DNA of 64,000 nucleotides from assembly GCA_964247055.1 (NCBI GenBank), contig OZ176056.1, forward strand, positions 5,270,001 through 5,334,000. The letters run 5' to 3'. Positions 39,698-54,024 of the stretch are shown here, in pieces (the stretch's first letter is position 1; each line of letters begins with the position of its first letter). A program made the position numbers and the translations under genes. The notes beneath the pieces are model-generated. The model was not told where the DNA came from. It saw nothing but the letters and a program-made list of their open reading frames with translations, and made no database searches. The stretch is from Paragordius varius. Taxonomy: Eukaryota; Animalia; Nematomorpha.

Positions 39698-39871
39698 TTT
39701 CAAAAAGAATATGCAGTTATATACATTTAGATTATGCTTAATTATTTTCCTATTATATTTAAATCATTTATTCTTTCATACAATAGACCCATTCATTTAA
39801 TTTTTAATATATAACAATAAAATCCTTCTTTAAAACAAATTTATTAAAAAGTCTATTTTCATGATATATAG

Positions 39872-40799
39872 AACAAATCGATCGATAAATGTCGAGAAGT
39901 GTATGAAAAACTATTAATCGCATTTCCAAACCAAGGGAAGTTTTGGAAATCGTACATTGACGCTGAAATGAAGGCCAAAAATTACGAAAATGTTGAAAAG
40001 GTTATTAAAATAAAACAAAATAAAATTATAATTGGTTATAACACATTTTTTTACAACCTGTTAATTAATTAACAATTTATTTTACGACTTGTTGTGGATA
40101 ACATTTTTAATATTTTCTAACTGTTTATTTAAATAGCAATCAACCACGGTCATGAATACAGTTATAAAAACCTATCAATCCTTAACCTATGAAAAATGTT
40201 TATTTTTAGATGTCCATAACATAATATAATATATAAAGTTTACATTTTTTGATATAGTTTTTAATGTATTTCATAAATTATATAGTTGTTTCAAAGATCA
40301 CTGATAAAAATTTTGAACATTGATTTATGGATATGTTATTTGAGTTACATCAAGGAAGCCAAAGCTAATTTACCCAGCTACAAGTATGAGAGTCAATTTT
40401 ATAATTATTATTATGCATTAAGATTGGTTTTTACAAACCCCATTTTTTAATTTTATTTATCTAAATTCTATATTAGAGAAAAGTTGGCCCAAGCTTATGA
40501 GTTTGCTATCGAAAAAGTGGGTTTGGATTACAAAAGTCAACCTATATGGCAAGGACAGATTGATTTTCTGAAAAACATGTAATTATTCTCATTTGTCTTG
40601 TCCTGCTTTTAGATATTTATTAGTTAGATGATTTTATCTGTTCTTTTATGTTATTACAATCGATTTATTTAGAGAAGCGGTCGGATCTTATGCTGAAAAT
40701 CAACGTATTTCAGCTATTCGTAAGGTATATCACCGCGGTTGTTTAACACCTCATCAAAATATGGAACAATTTTGGCGTGATTATCTGGCCTTTGAACAG
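39872..40799 (+). CDS. CSTF3: CstF-77 exon block 1 (4 exons: 39872-40000, 40286-40383, 40477-40578, 40673-40799)
   Basis: [25 protein letters not shown]...; [26 protein letters not shown]; [18 protein letters not shown]; [26 protein letters not shown]. Confidence 0.95.
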
Positions 40800-43700
40800 G
40801 TATGTAACTTAATTTTATCAAACCTAAATAAAAGCTCTGCTATTGAATTCTTTTATATCATGCATAATGGGTGTTTTACCTTAAAATTTGCCATATTAAT
40901 ACTCCAATGTACACCGTAACATTTTTGAAATTTTTTGTATAAAGCCAATTTTCACGCATGAAATCATGTGCTTAAAATCGGCAAGACATCCGAATTCGAT
41001 AATTATCATAAAAGGAGAGTAACATTATTTTACATTATTGTATACTATAAAAATATTTAAAAATATGTTTCTTTTTTGTAATTATTAATTTTTTTGTTGT
41101 TGAAGTTTTTTTATTTGTATGCTAACTATGTAATTTAAAGAGTTTTAATTCATACTTCATCAAAAATCATTGTTATATATATACTAGCGTAGCCATAAGT
41201 TCCTTATATTTTTTTTATGATTGTTATACAAAGTAAATATTAATATTCAAAATTTATCAAAATTGACAACATTTATAAAGGTTAATTTTTAAGTAGATTT
41301 TATTTTATTATTATAGATATTTAATTTTTTTTGTAAAGAGGGTAAGGGAGAGGGAAGGCAAGCAAGCCACCCTCGTTTTATTATTGCCAAAAAATAGTTT
41401 TACTATATGCAATTGACGCACCCTTTCAAAGTGGGGTGCTGGAACGTACCTTCATTAACAGAAACCAAACAGGTTGTAATTGAAAGGGAAATGGAAAGAT
41501 TGAACTTAGATATACTGGGTCTAACGGAAACTAAGCAAAAAGGTAGCTCGAAAGCACAAAACGAAAATTATACACTGTTAAGATCAGGGAGAGAGGAGCA
41601 GAAATCAGAAGGCGTTGCAGTATTAATAAAAAACAAATTAAATAAAAGTCTCATTAGTTATACTATACCCAGAATCATGAGTATTAGGCTGAATGCTAAG
41701 CCACTTAAATTTACATAGATAGTAGTCTATGCTCCTACGTCAAACGCTCCCAAAGAAGACATAGAGGTTTTTTATGCAAAGTTGCAAAAAGTTTTGGATG
41801 AAACTAAGAAAAGAGATATGTTTATCATAGGAGGTGATTAGAACATCAAAGTTGGTAGAGTAGATCAAATAGTCGGCCTATATGGATTGGGAGAACGAAA
41901 CGAGGATGGGGAGGCACCGATCAATTTTTGCGAAGAAAATGAGATGATGATACCCACCACATGGTTTCCACAACACAATAGGAGGTTATAAACATGGACC
42001 TCTCCATGTGGTAAATATAAGAACCAAATCGATTACATAATATGTCCACAAAAATGGAAAAGCTCCATACTCGATACCAAAACAAGCAAAAGCAGCGATC
42101 GCTCTAGCGATCATGAGCTTTTAGTAACCAAAATCAAGCTTAAAATAAAAAAAAATAAGGTTAAACAGACACACAGATATGACCCTCGGAACATTCCAAA
42201 TAGTTTTAGAACAAAAACAAAAGATAGATTAGAAAGATTGGGCAACGAATGTAGCTCAGAACATGGGGATAAAAAAAATTATATATAAAATGGCAAAAGA
42301 AAAAGTGTAGAGGGTAAAGAGGAAATATAATAAATGGATATCAGAAAAGAGTTTAGAGATAGCAGAAAAGCGGATAAAAGCTAAATCAAGAGATGATAAT
42401 AAAATGGTTAAATTATATAACAGAAAATTTCAATGACAAACAAGGAAAGATTATGAAGATTGACATAATAAACAATGTCTGGAAGTGGAATAAATAACTG
42501 TAGTAAATCGAGAAACCGTAAAACAATAAGATTTATTGAGCTAAATTGCAATTAACTAAACTATATACAGTTTGCGATGTTTATATACTTTTTGTGGATA
42601 TAATATTTACATGTTAAACCAAGGTAAAATAACGTGTGCAGGTTAAATACAAAATTAATACAATAGTTTAACTCATATATAAAAGGTCATCAAAATGTAT
42701 TCAAATCTAATATATAAATTAGTCTCGTCTAAGGTTAACTAACTTGATGTATTCTAATCTATCATATCTCCTTATCCAAATCCAAGCCGATCTGGTGCTT
42801 TTCTTTCCCTAAGAGGATATCTCCTTTCAGGTTCTTTCTCAGTTGTCTTTTCCGTTCTGATTTCAACCTGGGTGTCTTTCTCGTTTTCTTTTTCTTTGCT
42901 TGGTTCTCTCCCACCTCCTGATTATTGGTTGTCATCTCTTCATCTGTTTGGTTTATCGTTAAATTATCATCCTCCTCAACGCCGTTCTCGACTCCGGTCG
43001 GCCGTAATTGATCCACATGCTTGCGACGAGTTCGATTTCCATCTTTAACCGTGTACGAGAGTACCCCTGTTCTCTCCAAAATTGAACCTTTTCTCCACCC
43101 TGAATTGATTTCATTCTTTATGTAAACTTCTTCGTCCGGTCTAAAAACTTGATTGGGAATCATGTCGTCCTCTAATTCTTGTGCGGGTCTTTCCCTAACC
43201 CAAAAGAAGGGGGTATTAATATGTCTTTTCAGAAATAAATTATACGGGCACTCTTTTGTGGCGCTATGTACGGCGGAGCGATAACCCCATAGTACTTGGT
43301 TTATTTTTTTGTCAGGAGTCAGCTTAGAATCCGGTAACGATTTATAGTGTGCTTTTAAGGTGTAAATAACCCGTTCCACCAGCCCATTTGTTCGTGGATG
43401 ATAGGGGGCACTAGTGACATGTTTGATGTTTGCTCGTTGCAAGGTATCTTTAAAATCTTTCGATGCAAAATATGATGCATTATCGGAAACTATCATTCGG
43501 GGAAACCCGTACCTTACACACCAAATTTCCAACCAATGTAGTATGTTAGCAGAATTAACAGTTCTTAGCAATTCGACTTCAACCCATCTGGAGCTACTAT
43601 CTATAGCTACTAACCAATACAACCCATCTATAGGACCGGCAAAGATGTATCCTTTCCCAGATATTCGTATAAAATTCCATTTGTACGTTGGATTACTTTT

Positions 43701-46700
43701 TAAGTTACTCCGGTTTAACTGACACCCCATACAAGATCTCACATAACTTTCAATATCTTGGTTTATACCTGGCCAATAAACCCTAGCCTTGGCAGACTCT
43801 TTCATTACATTAGCCCCCGAATGTCCAACATGCAAAAATTTTAACGTTTCATTTCGCAACGCCCTGGGAATAAACAGACGATCGCCCCAATACAACAGCC
43901 CATATAATTTTTGTATTTCGTTTCTTATACTCAATATCGAATTTAAAATTGGAGCTGACCAATCATTATGATGTAGAGCCGATTTTAATGCCATCAAAAA
44001 CTCATCCCGTAAAGTATTTTCTTTCATTCGCTGTACGCTTAAATTGTCAGTTGTTAGAAAGTTGATTTGCCTGGGTTGCTCCTCAACTTCCTCAGTCGGT
44101 TCTTCATACGGTAGACGAGATAACCAATCCGCTAAATTTTCCGAACCATTAATATATTGTATAGTAAAATTATAATCGGCTGTTCTGAGTATCCATCTTA
44201 CTAATCTACTATTGTTAATATTACTTAGATCTCTCTTAAAGCCAAACAATTTGATCAGGGGTTTATGATCGGTTAATAATACGAACTTTCTGCCATACAC
44301 AAACATTTTAAATTTTTCTAGCGCATATAAAATTGCCCTTGCTTCTTTTTCAATTACCGAGAAATGTTGTTCTGCCTTCGCACATTTTCGAGACGCAAAG
44401 GCCATCGGCCGTCACTTGTCTTATGTGATAAGACTGCTCCGAATCCGTCATTCGATGCATCTGTTTCCAACACTAACGGAAGGTTCGGGTTAAACGGTAT
44501 TAGACATAATGCATTACTCACCAACAATTTAGCTTTATCAAAAACCCTCTCTTCTTTTGTCGACCAACACCATTTTTAGAACCTGTAAGCGCATGTAAGT
44601 CCGCGATTGTAGCATGCAAATATGGAATAAAACGAGCGTGAAAATTTAACATTCCCAAAAAAGACCGAAGTGATGTTTTATTGGTAGGTGTAGGAAAATT
44701 CAAAAACTTTTTCGTTATCTGGTTTAATTCCTTTGTCTGAAATTATATATCCTAAGTATGACACTGAGGAACGAGCTAATTGGATTTTATCCTTTTTTAA
44801 TTTCAAACCCACAGCAGCTAATTTGTTCAACACTTTTTCTAAATTATCCTTATGCTCCCTTACCATTGTTCCACTAACAATTACATCATCTAAGTAAACC
44901 GCTGTACCTGGATAATTTTTTAATAACTCATCCATAATTTGTTGAAATATCGTGGGTGCACTAGATATTCCAAATGGCAGTCTCTTAAATCGAAAAAGAC
45001 CTATATGTGAACTAAACGTGAGTAAATGTTGATAATCTTGGTGTATCGGCATTTGCCAGTAAGCTTCTTTTAGGTCTAAGGTCGTAAAAACTTTTTCTTG
45101 CCCGATTTTAAACACTAACTGATCAAACGTTGGAATCAGATGATCTACAGGAACCAGACTTGGGTTTAAAGTAACTCTAAAATCACCACATATGCGAATA
45201 TCATTATCATTCCTTTTAACTATAACCAACGGAGTTACCCAGTCAATTCGTGTTTGCGGGTTTATGGACTCTATAATACCCAGACTTTCAAGCCTCTTCA
45301 ATTCACTCTCCACCTTAGACTGAAGCGGAATAGGTACCCTCCTGGCTGCAAATCTTTTGGGGATACTCCCTTTTTTGAGAAACAACTTGATGGGTGGTGC
45401 TGTGTAACACCCCATACCCTAACCAAACAAATCCTTAAATTTATTCAAATCCACGTAATTAACATTTTTTACACATACAGCCTCTGGAAATCTGCATTCA
45501 AAGCTTTTCATCCATGGTAACCCAAAAATGTTACCCCAATCCTCCCTAGTAACCATACATTCCAACTGTTTGACCATACCATTCCATTTCACATATACCA
45601 CACATTGTCCCATCACCTCTACACCTTGATGGTTGAACCCAACTATTGGACCCGCGGGTGCTAAGGTCGGCCTTCCAATCTCCATCCACGTGCTCTTCCA
45701 AATCAATGATATTTGAGCTCCGGTATCGTACAACATCCCACCCAATGGCCATTCAGACTTGCGTTCGGGCTTCATTATTATTATTGTTACCATTCAGTAT
45801 ATTAACGCGCCGGCAACACCTGCCAAAATGACCACGTCCTTTGCATCGGTAACACTCCATGTTTGAATCGGGACACCGGTTGATCGCATGCACGTATCCG
45901 CATTTTCCACATTTTTTTCTTATCATCATAACCTGCTTATTGTCGGGACCCTGATCAATCAAACAACTGTCCGCCTTTTATACGCCATTGCCATTTCTAC
46001 CACCATCTCCAACGTAACAGGTTTCCCATCAAACCATTGCATCTGGAAATTTTGTGAACAGATCTATTTCCAATTTTTTGAGTTGTAACCCTCCCACAAA
46101 CCCATCTCTGATTCTTAGCATTGCATCTTGCCCAAAGTTGCACCGAGCAGCACATTCCTATACTCGAATCAAAAAATCCATCACTGATTCCGTGGCTTCC
46201 CTTCGGAGTTGCGTAAACTGGAACCTGGCTGCAAACACATTGTATGTCGGAGCAAATATTTTTTTCCCAGCTGCTACCAAAGCATCCAAGCCCACCTCCT
46301 CTAACACTACGGGATAAAAGAATTTCTTCAACTTTGTATGGGATAGACCAATGTAGGCCAATAATAAGTTTTTTTTTGTTTTGTCATCCTCTGGAATTAA
46401 TTTCACTTTTAACATTCTCTTTATATAATCGATATAATCATCAAAGCTAGTTGCGGGATCATAGGCTTCCAGACTTAATTTCTCCATGCGCGAATGTAAT
46501 GAGGTAAGAAAAATCGACCGCGCTAAATATAGTAAATCGAGAAACCGTAAAACAATAAGATTTATTGAGAAAAATTGCAATTAACTAAATTATATACAGT
46601 TTGCGATGTTTATATACTTTTTGTGGATATAATATTTACATGTTAAACCAAGGTAAAATAACGTGTGCAGGTTAAATACAAAATTGATACAATAGTTTAA

Positions 46701-49700
46701 CTCATATATAAAAGGTCATCAAAATGTATTCAAATATATAAATTGGTCTCGTCTAAGGTTAACTAACTTGATGTATTCTAATCTATCAATAACAAAAAAG
46801 GATTAATGCAACCAATGTGCCAGAAACTGAAGCAAATGACTCACAAACCTTATATATCATCCCAAAAGATTAAAAAAGTGAATGGCACCATATTGTCAAA
46901 CAAACAGAAGTACGATGAAGGTGGAAGGAATACACCCAAAAACTCTATCAGGCTCCTCAAGCAAAAGTGTTGCAATTAAAAGAGGAAGAACGTGATCCAG
47001 ATATACTAAATGAGGAGGTTGAATTAGCCTTAAAACAAATTCCTAACAACAAAGCGATGGGATTAGACAATATCCCAATAGCGTTAATAAAAGCTATTCT
47101 TGTAGAAACGTTACAAAGTTATGTCAAAGGGTGTGGGAAACATGTGAGTGGCCAAACGACTGGATATCATCTGTATTTCTCCCAATATACAAAAAGGTGA
47201 TGTATTCCAGTGCGAAAACTACTAAAACATAGCTCTTATTAGCCACGCTAGTAAGGTCTTGCTAAAAATAATACAAAACAGTATGCACCAGTCAGAAATA
47301 CCAGATCAAGCCGGATTTATAAAGGGAAAAAGCACTAGAGATTTATATCTCAAACATGAGATGGATAATGGAAACATCTAGAGAGTTTCAGAAAGAATTA
47401 TACATGTGTTTTATTGATTACAGACAAGCCTTCGATTCCATTAATTATGACCCATTGGGGGAAACATTAAGTTAGTAGGGGTATCGTCCCACTTAATAAG
47501 ATTGATTAGCTTCTCTATGTAAAACAAAGAGCGATTATTAGAAGAGCGCAAGACACATACGAAATACCTATCTTGAAAGGAGTCAGACAAGGGTGTTGCT
47601 TATCCCCTTATCTGTTCAATATGTCCACAAAATGATAATGAGAAAGTTAGATGGTAAAAATATTGAAGTAAGAATAAGAGGAGAACAATCAATAATTTAA
47701 GGTTTGCAGACGATACGACTCTTATAGCTGAAAGTGTAAATGGTTTGAAGGAATTGATCGAATAGATTCGAAAGGAAAGTTTGAGTTATGGTCTCATGCT
47801 TAACCCTAACTAAACCAAAATATTCGTACTGGAGAAAAGCCTACAATTATTATTGAAGGAGTAGAAATAGAAATAGTTAAACAGTTAACGTTTTGGGACG
47901 CAATAATATCAGAGGATGGGTTTTCAACTCCTGACATCAGAAAGAAAATAGGATTGGGTAGAGAAGCGATGACCAAATTAATAAAGATTTGGAAAATCAA
48001 AAGCGTAGGAGTTGAAACCAAAAAAAGATTACTCTACTGTTTCGTTCTCCCGGTCACCTAATATGGATGTGAGAGCTGGACTCTCAGAAAAAGGGGCAAA
48101 GAAAGGCTCATGGCTTTCGAAAGGTGCTGCTGGCGTAGAATGCTAGGATACACGTGGTAGGATAAAATTAAGAATGGAAATCTAACTACAGAAATAAAGC
48201 CTAAAAAACATCCTGGAATTCTAAAAAGAAAGTTAACATTTTTGGTCTTTTCATGCGATCTAATTCCCTAGAGAAAGATACAATGTTTGGGAAGGTCGAA
48301 GGACAAAGGAAACGAGGCCGACCACCGATGAGGTGGTTGGATATGATAAAAAATGAGACTAAAATGACATTAAACGATCTCAATCTAGCGGTAAAAGATA
48401 TAAGAAAATGTAAAGAAATATGAAAACTATATCCAAAAAGTCGTTTACGACTTAGGAATAACCACCAACCAACCAATTCGAACAAAGTTAAGAAAGAATA
48501 CATAAGAGACTACTTAATATGATTACATAGAACTTCTCTGTTTCTACCTTAAGACATGACCAATAAATTTAATTCCATCAATAGATATCAAATTTAATAT
48601 TTATATTTTTCTCAAATTATAAAGTCAGGGATCCAAATTTAAAGAAAAATTTAAATTTTCGCATGCAAACATATACTAACCGATAAAATTGAAATTCTTT
48701 GCTTTGGTAGTATTTTCATGACAAATAATTAAATTATTAAAAATTATGTTACCAAAACAATTTCACATATCCTTTTTGTTTGCGTTTTAATAGTCCATAA
48801 ATCCATTGATTGCCAAAAAATTGACGGATGAACTTAGCAAGGATTATATGAATGCCCGGAGAGCCCTCAAAGAAATGGAAGCTATTACACGAGGTTTGAT
48901 TAAAGGAAACCCGCCTACCTCCATGACTGGGAACGTTAATGAAATAAAACAGGTATTATATATCATTGTGCCCACATTTTCAATGATTTAGGTTAAAAAA
49001 ATGTTTTTCAAAAAACAATATATAATTTTAAAGTCTAATATGAAATATGTTTTCTGTCTTAGATACAAATTGGTAGAGATGACTGCCTTAGCCTCTTTAT
49101 ATGATATGTTTGTTACTAACATATATATAAATTTAATACCCTGAAAATAATTATTCTTAATACTTTGTACCTTTTTAAGGTTTTGGTTTTTACGATTAAA
49201 TAGTCATTTTTTAGCAAAGCTTTGGCCATTGCTATTATTAAATTTATATTAATTTTTATCTAGATTCATATTTGGAAGCGATATTTACGATGGGAACGTA
49301 ACAATCCACTAAATTACGAGGATAAAAATATGGTTATAAAACGAGGTTTAAATTTAATTATCAATAATCGTTTAAATTAATATTTTTCCCTTGCCATTAA
49401 ATTTTTATTTCAATATAGTGGTTTATGCTTATGACCAAGCCTTGTTAGTTATAAGTTATAGTTCTGAATTATGGCTCGAAGCTGGTCTCTATTTCAGCAA
49501 AATGGGCCAAGAGTTGATTGAACAAGGGGTATAAATTTTTTATCATCATTTTTCTATTTATTTAATTTTTGGCATCAAAAGTTACTTCCGTTACCCTTAC
49601 ACATTATTACATTTGTTTCTAATTTATATTAAAATCAACTCTTTATTATTTTTAATACTATATCTTTTAAAATAATTAAAGCAACACGGTTTAACTATAT

Positions 49701-52700
49701 ATATATAATTTTTTTATATTTTTTGCCATCTTTTAAAGGAAACATCGGCAGGCAAAATTTTGCTTGACAAAGCTTCTGACTTGTATACAAGGGCAACTAG
49801 TACATTTTTTCAAACTTCACTCTTGTTACATTTTGTTCAAGCCGATTTCGAAGAGGTATCCTTAAAAGAATTATATATTTTTAAATCTTTGGAATATATT
49901 TTAATTATCAAAATATAATTAGATGAGGGGAAATTGGACAAAAGTCGAAATTATATTTGAAAAATTGATTGATCTCAAAACTAAACTCGAACCCGATGAT
50001 GTGACATTGGTAAACTTTGATTTATTTAGCATGATATAATTATTGATTTGAATATATCATTTTTTTTCGTTAATCACATTTCTACAACGTCCATTTATAA
50101 CAATCGTTTTTATATCAATTTAGCCAAATTATTTTCATTACATTTTAAGGTTTACATCCAATACATGAGATTTAGCCGAAGACACAATGGTATAAAGGGT
50201 GCCCGGTTAGTTTTTAAAAAAGCCAGAGAAGATACTCGAACTAAATACCACGTATTTACAGAATCGGCTCATATGGAATATTATTGCAATAAAGTATAAA
50301 ATGGCTCATTAATTTTTATAGAAGATGCTAGTCTTTTCTTAGTCCCATAAATTTTTATACTATTTTATTGTGCTTAGGACAAAAACATTGCACTCAAAAT
50401 ATTTGAATTGGGTCTTAAACGTTTTGCCACAGAAATTGATTATCTCAAGGATTACATTGATTTTTCCTTATCATTGAATGGTATGTACTTCTCATTTATA
50501 ATATAATTCTACTTTTAATTACAGTAGCTTACCCTTATTACATCCTTCATCATAACCAGCTTTTTCGAATTATTAGCCACTTTAACAATTAGCTCATCTT
50601 GCAATATTCGGATTTTGTGATAATTTCAAATTTTTAGGATATCTCAGAATTTGTTTACACCGTTCGACAAATTAATTTAAGTATAGGTATTTTTAAATCT
50701 CATAATAATAACCGTACTAAAACTTATATTTTTTATATCATCTGTAAAATATTATTAAGAATATACATTTAACTCTGCATATATTATTATTTAATACTAT
50801 ATTACTTTTTTGCTTTTTTTAGATGACAATAATACCCGCGTATTGTTTGAAAGGCTAATTAGCTTAACACATAATCAAATATCTACCCAACATGCTGAGT
50901 ATTTTCTCTTTGAAATCTTATTGTTTTAACATAAATTACAATAATTTTTATATCAATATAGAGTATTATGGAATCTGTTTTTACGGTTTGAAATGCAAGT
51001 TGGTGACCTTAACATAATACAGTGTATTGAAAGGCGGAAAATGGAAACGTTTCTAAAAGCTGTATAATTGAAATAAAAAATATTCTTTATTAGTTTCTTT
51101 TTCCGTTTAACATAAATTCATATCATAAAAAAACTATTTTTAGAATGCCGAAGATCCTGAAGCCTATATTTGTGGACAATTGATTGAAAAGTTTAGTGTT
51201 CGAGAATTATTGCCTTGCAGTACGTTGGATTGCAAACTTATGCACTACATTCCTTCCATCTTGTTAAATTCTACGTATACGGCCTCGGCTAATTTGCGAA
51301 ATATAAATTTTGCAAATTATTCAAATGACACTGGTCACCTGCTATCGGATAATGGTATATACGCCATAATGTTAAATATCACATAGATAATATTTAATAT
51401 TAAGAAATCATTTAGTTAGTGCGTATTTGGATCATTATTTGTAATGGAATATATGATTGAATTCATACCGACGGTTAATGTTGGACCTCATGATGTGTTT
51501 TTTTTCTTATAAAATAATTTTCGGTTCTTGTTTTTCTAAAGTAGTTTATTACAAACAAAAGGACACCCTGATGGATTATAAGAACTGCATGTAAATATTT
51601 TTAATTTATTAATCGCAAAATTCATTATGTTTGAATAAAACGATTAAAAATTTTTTTGGATGGTCAGAAGAAGCAGATTTTAAAATTCAATTTTCACTGT
51701 TTGGAAGCTTTTTTGATTTTATTTGTTCGTTAATAATTTATATTTGTGTGATTTTACGTAGATTCCAAAATAAATCCCATATCATCCATAAACATAATGA
51801 TGCCTGACACGAGCCAAATGATACCTTTTAAACCATTCAAGCATACTGGTAAAAATAATTATGGCTCTCAAATATGGCCATATAATTAATTTGTTAAACA
51901 CTATTTAAGTTTTATTTTTGGTGTTTACAACACAAATGTCTTCGCACGCCGCATTGTTAATTCAAAAAAACCGGTTGGCCGTATTTGGAAATATACAAGC
52001 ATGAACAAAAATTTTATTAGTTTAAGCATAAGATTTGTAAAAGAATATGTGAAGACAATTAAACAAATCCAATATTTCAGGTCGCTAGTTCGTTGCCAAA
52101 ATTTGGAAAGACTTATAAAGAAAATTTGTTGAAGTTATCATCAATATTTTTGCAAATTATGGAATCTTAAAAAATAATACATTTTATTTTAGCTTAACTT
52201 AAAACAAAAATTTTTAGTGTATGGAGATCATATGTTACCCATCCCAGGGGGACTTTTTGCTTATCCACCAGCTATAGAGGTTATGTTAACAATGTTACCA
52301 CAATCCAATTCATTCAATGTAAGTTTCGGGAACGAATTTCGGGGTATTACAGTAAAAACTGTAATTATACGAACATAACGTAAAAAATAAAGACATATAT
52401 TTTTTTGCCAAAGACAACCATACTTTTAAAAACCTTAATTTTCCCTGTATAAATTATTTATTTTTAATCATAAAATATATAATTGATTTCGTTACCAATT
52501 TACATCTATATCTTTTACTGTATAATTTGAAACATTGATTCATCTCTGAAAAAAATCAAAATTAAAAAAGTATGTTTCTTCTTTTAAAAAAATATTTGTT
52601 TTTATATTTTTATATTTTGTTCGGTGATTTCATTTTATACTGTAAACTTATCCAAATAATAGTGAAAATACTAATTAAGTTAGATAGAGTGGAACGATCC

Positions 52701-53987
52701 TTATGATGAATGAGCCTTTTTAACTAAACAGCGCCTATAAATTATTTAGTACTCAATTATTCAGATTTTAAAGACCTAGTTTTTAGGTTATATGGTTCAA
52801 AAATGGAATACCTAGTTCTTAAACTTACAATTTGTGGGTATTTCGCTATCGCCATAATGAGTCAAAAATAATAAAAAAAATATTTTTTTTTAATTTTTCA
52901 CAAATATATGTAAGATAGAAGATTCACTGTATATATGCGGTTCTTAAATATTAAATTATTTTCATCAAACCTCTTCTACAACTTATCCCAAATATTTTAT
53001 TAAATATTTTTATGCTCGGACAGGGACCATATGTATCGGTGGACAATTTAATGAGAACACTCTTTACCATGGATTTGGAAAAGGGTAATTTTTCATAATC
53101 TTCCTTAAAATTTAAATATAGCTGTGGAATCCGGATAAATATCACAATAAATATATGTATATTCTAATAGATATAATATTTCATGATAAGTTTTAGTCGA
53201 ATGTATTAAGAATGCAATTTGCTCCATGTCGAGAAATCAATTTTATAAATAAATATTGTTTATCACATAGTTTTAAAAAGCAAAGCAATGTTGATAAAAA
53301 AAAATTCGTAAGAGCTTTGCGCAAATTTTTGTCCGTCTAAAATGGGCTAACTGTAAATAATTGCAAAAAGCCATTTTATAGTAATAAAACATAAAAATAT
53401 CTTTGAACAACATACTTTGTTTATTTCACTTTTATCAATTTTTTCAAAGGTTATTTTATGGAATTTTGAAGCTTAGTGGAACGCGTATAAATATATATAA
53501 TTCGTTGATGCCGGAGACATTAACATTTCAGAAATTTGATGGTCTCCATATTTAAGACATAATTTATTTTTTAAAAAAAATATCTGACAAAAATTATTTT
53601 AATTTAAAATTTTTGGTGACAGAATTGTTTAGTGTCAATGAATTATGTAGAAAAAATGTTTTTTACAGTTTCCCGTATTCTTCCAAATACCACCAACTTA
53701 AATTTTTGATAAAGTATGCATTTTTTGAAAATTTTAAATATTGGAATCAAGCATATATTATATTATCGGCAATCTCGGCATTTTTGCCTTTATTTTAACA
53801 AAACTAGTTTGAGGGGGGCAAAAATTTTATAATTTCGAGCTCTTATCTAAAATATTGTGTTGTTTTTTGAATAGATTGTTAATTATATATCATAATAATT
53901 TTTTTTAAAGTAAGTTAGTTTCACCAAAAAAATTATTTAGCATGATTTGCACAAATGCGTTTTATTAAATTGACCAATCAGTGCTAA

Positions 53988-54024
<37 letters not shown>

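Larger units (their letters stand above)
42499..46788 (-). mobile_element. Ty3/gypsy LTR retrotransposon, Mag-like clade, full length (4.29 kb) but frameshifted
   Basis: LTRs 42499-42764 and 46528-46788 differ by a few substitutions and one small indel; 5-bp TSD ATAAC at 42494-42498 and 46789-46793; polypurine tract GGATAAGGAGATA next to the 3' LTR; gag-pol with zinc knuckles, protease, RT, RNase H, integrase in gypsy order. Confidence 0.95.
41338..48520 (+). mobile_element. RTE-clade LINE (APE endonuclease + RT), decayed, inside the CstF-77 intron and split by the LTR element
   Basis: [33 protein letters not shown] (APE); after the insertion [59 protein letters not shown]; many stops and frameshifts. 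Confidence 0.9.

Noticed and set aside
43414-46450. + strand ORFs within the LTR element
   Set aside because: Antisense shadows of gag-pol
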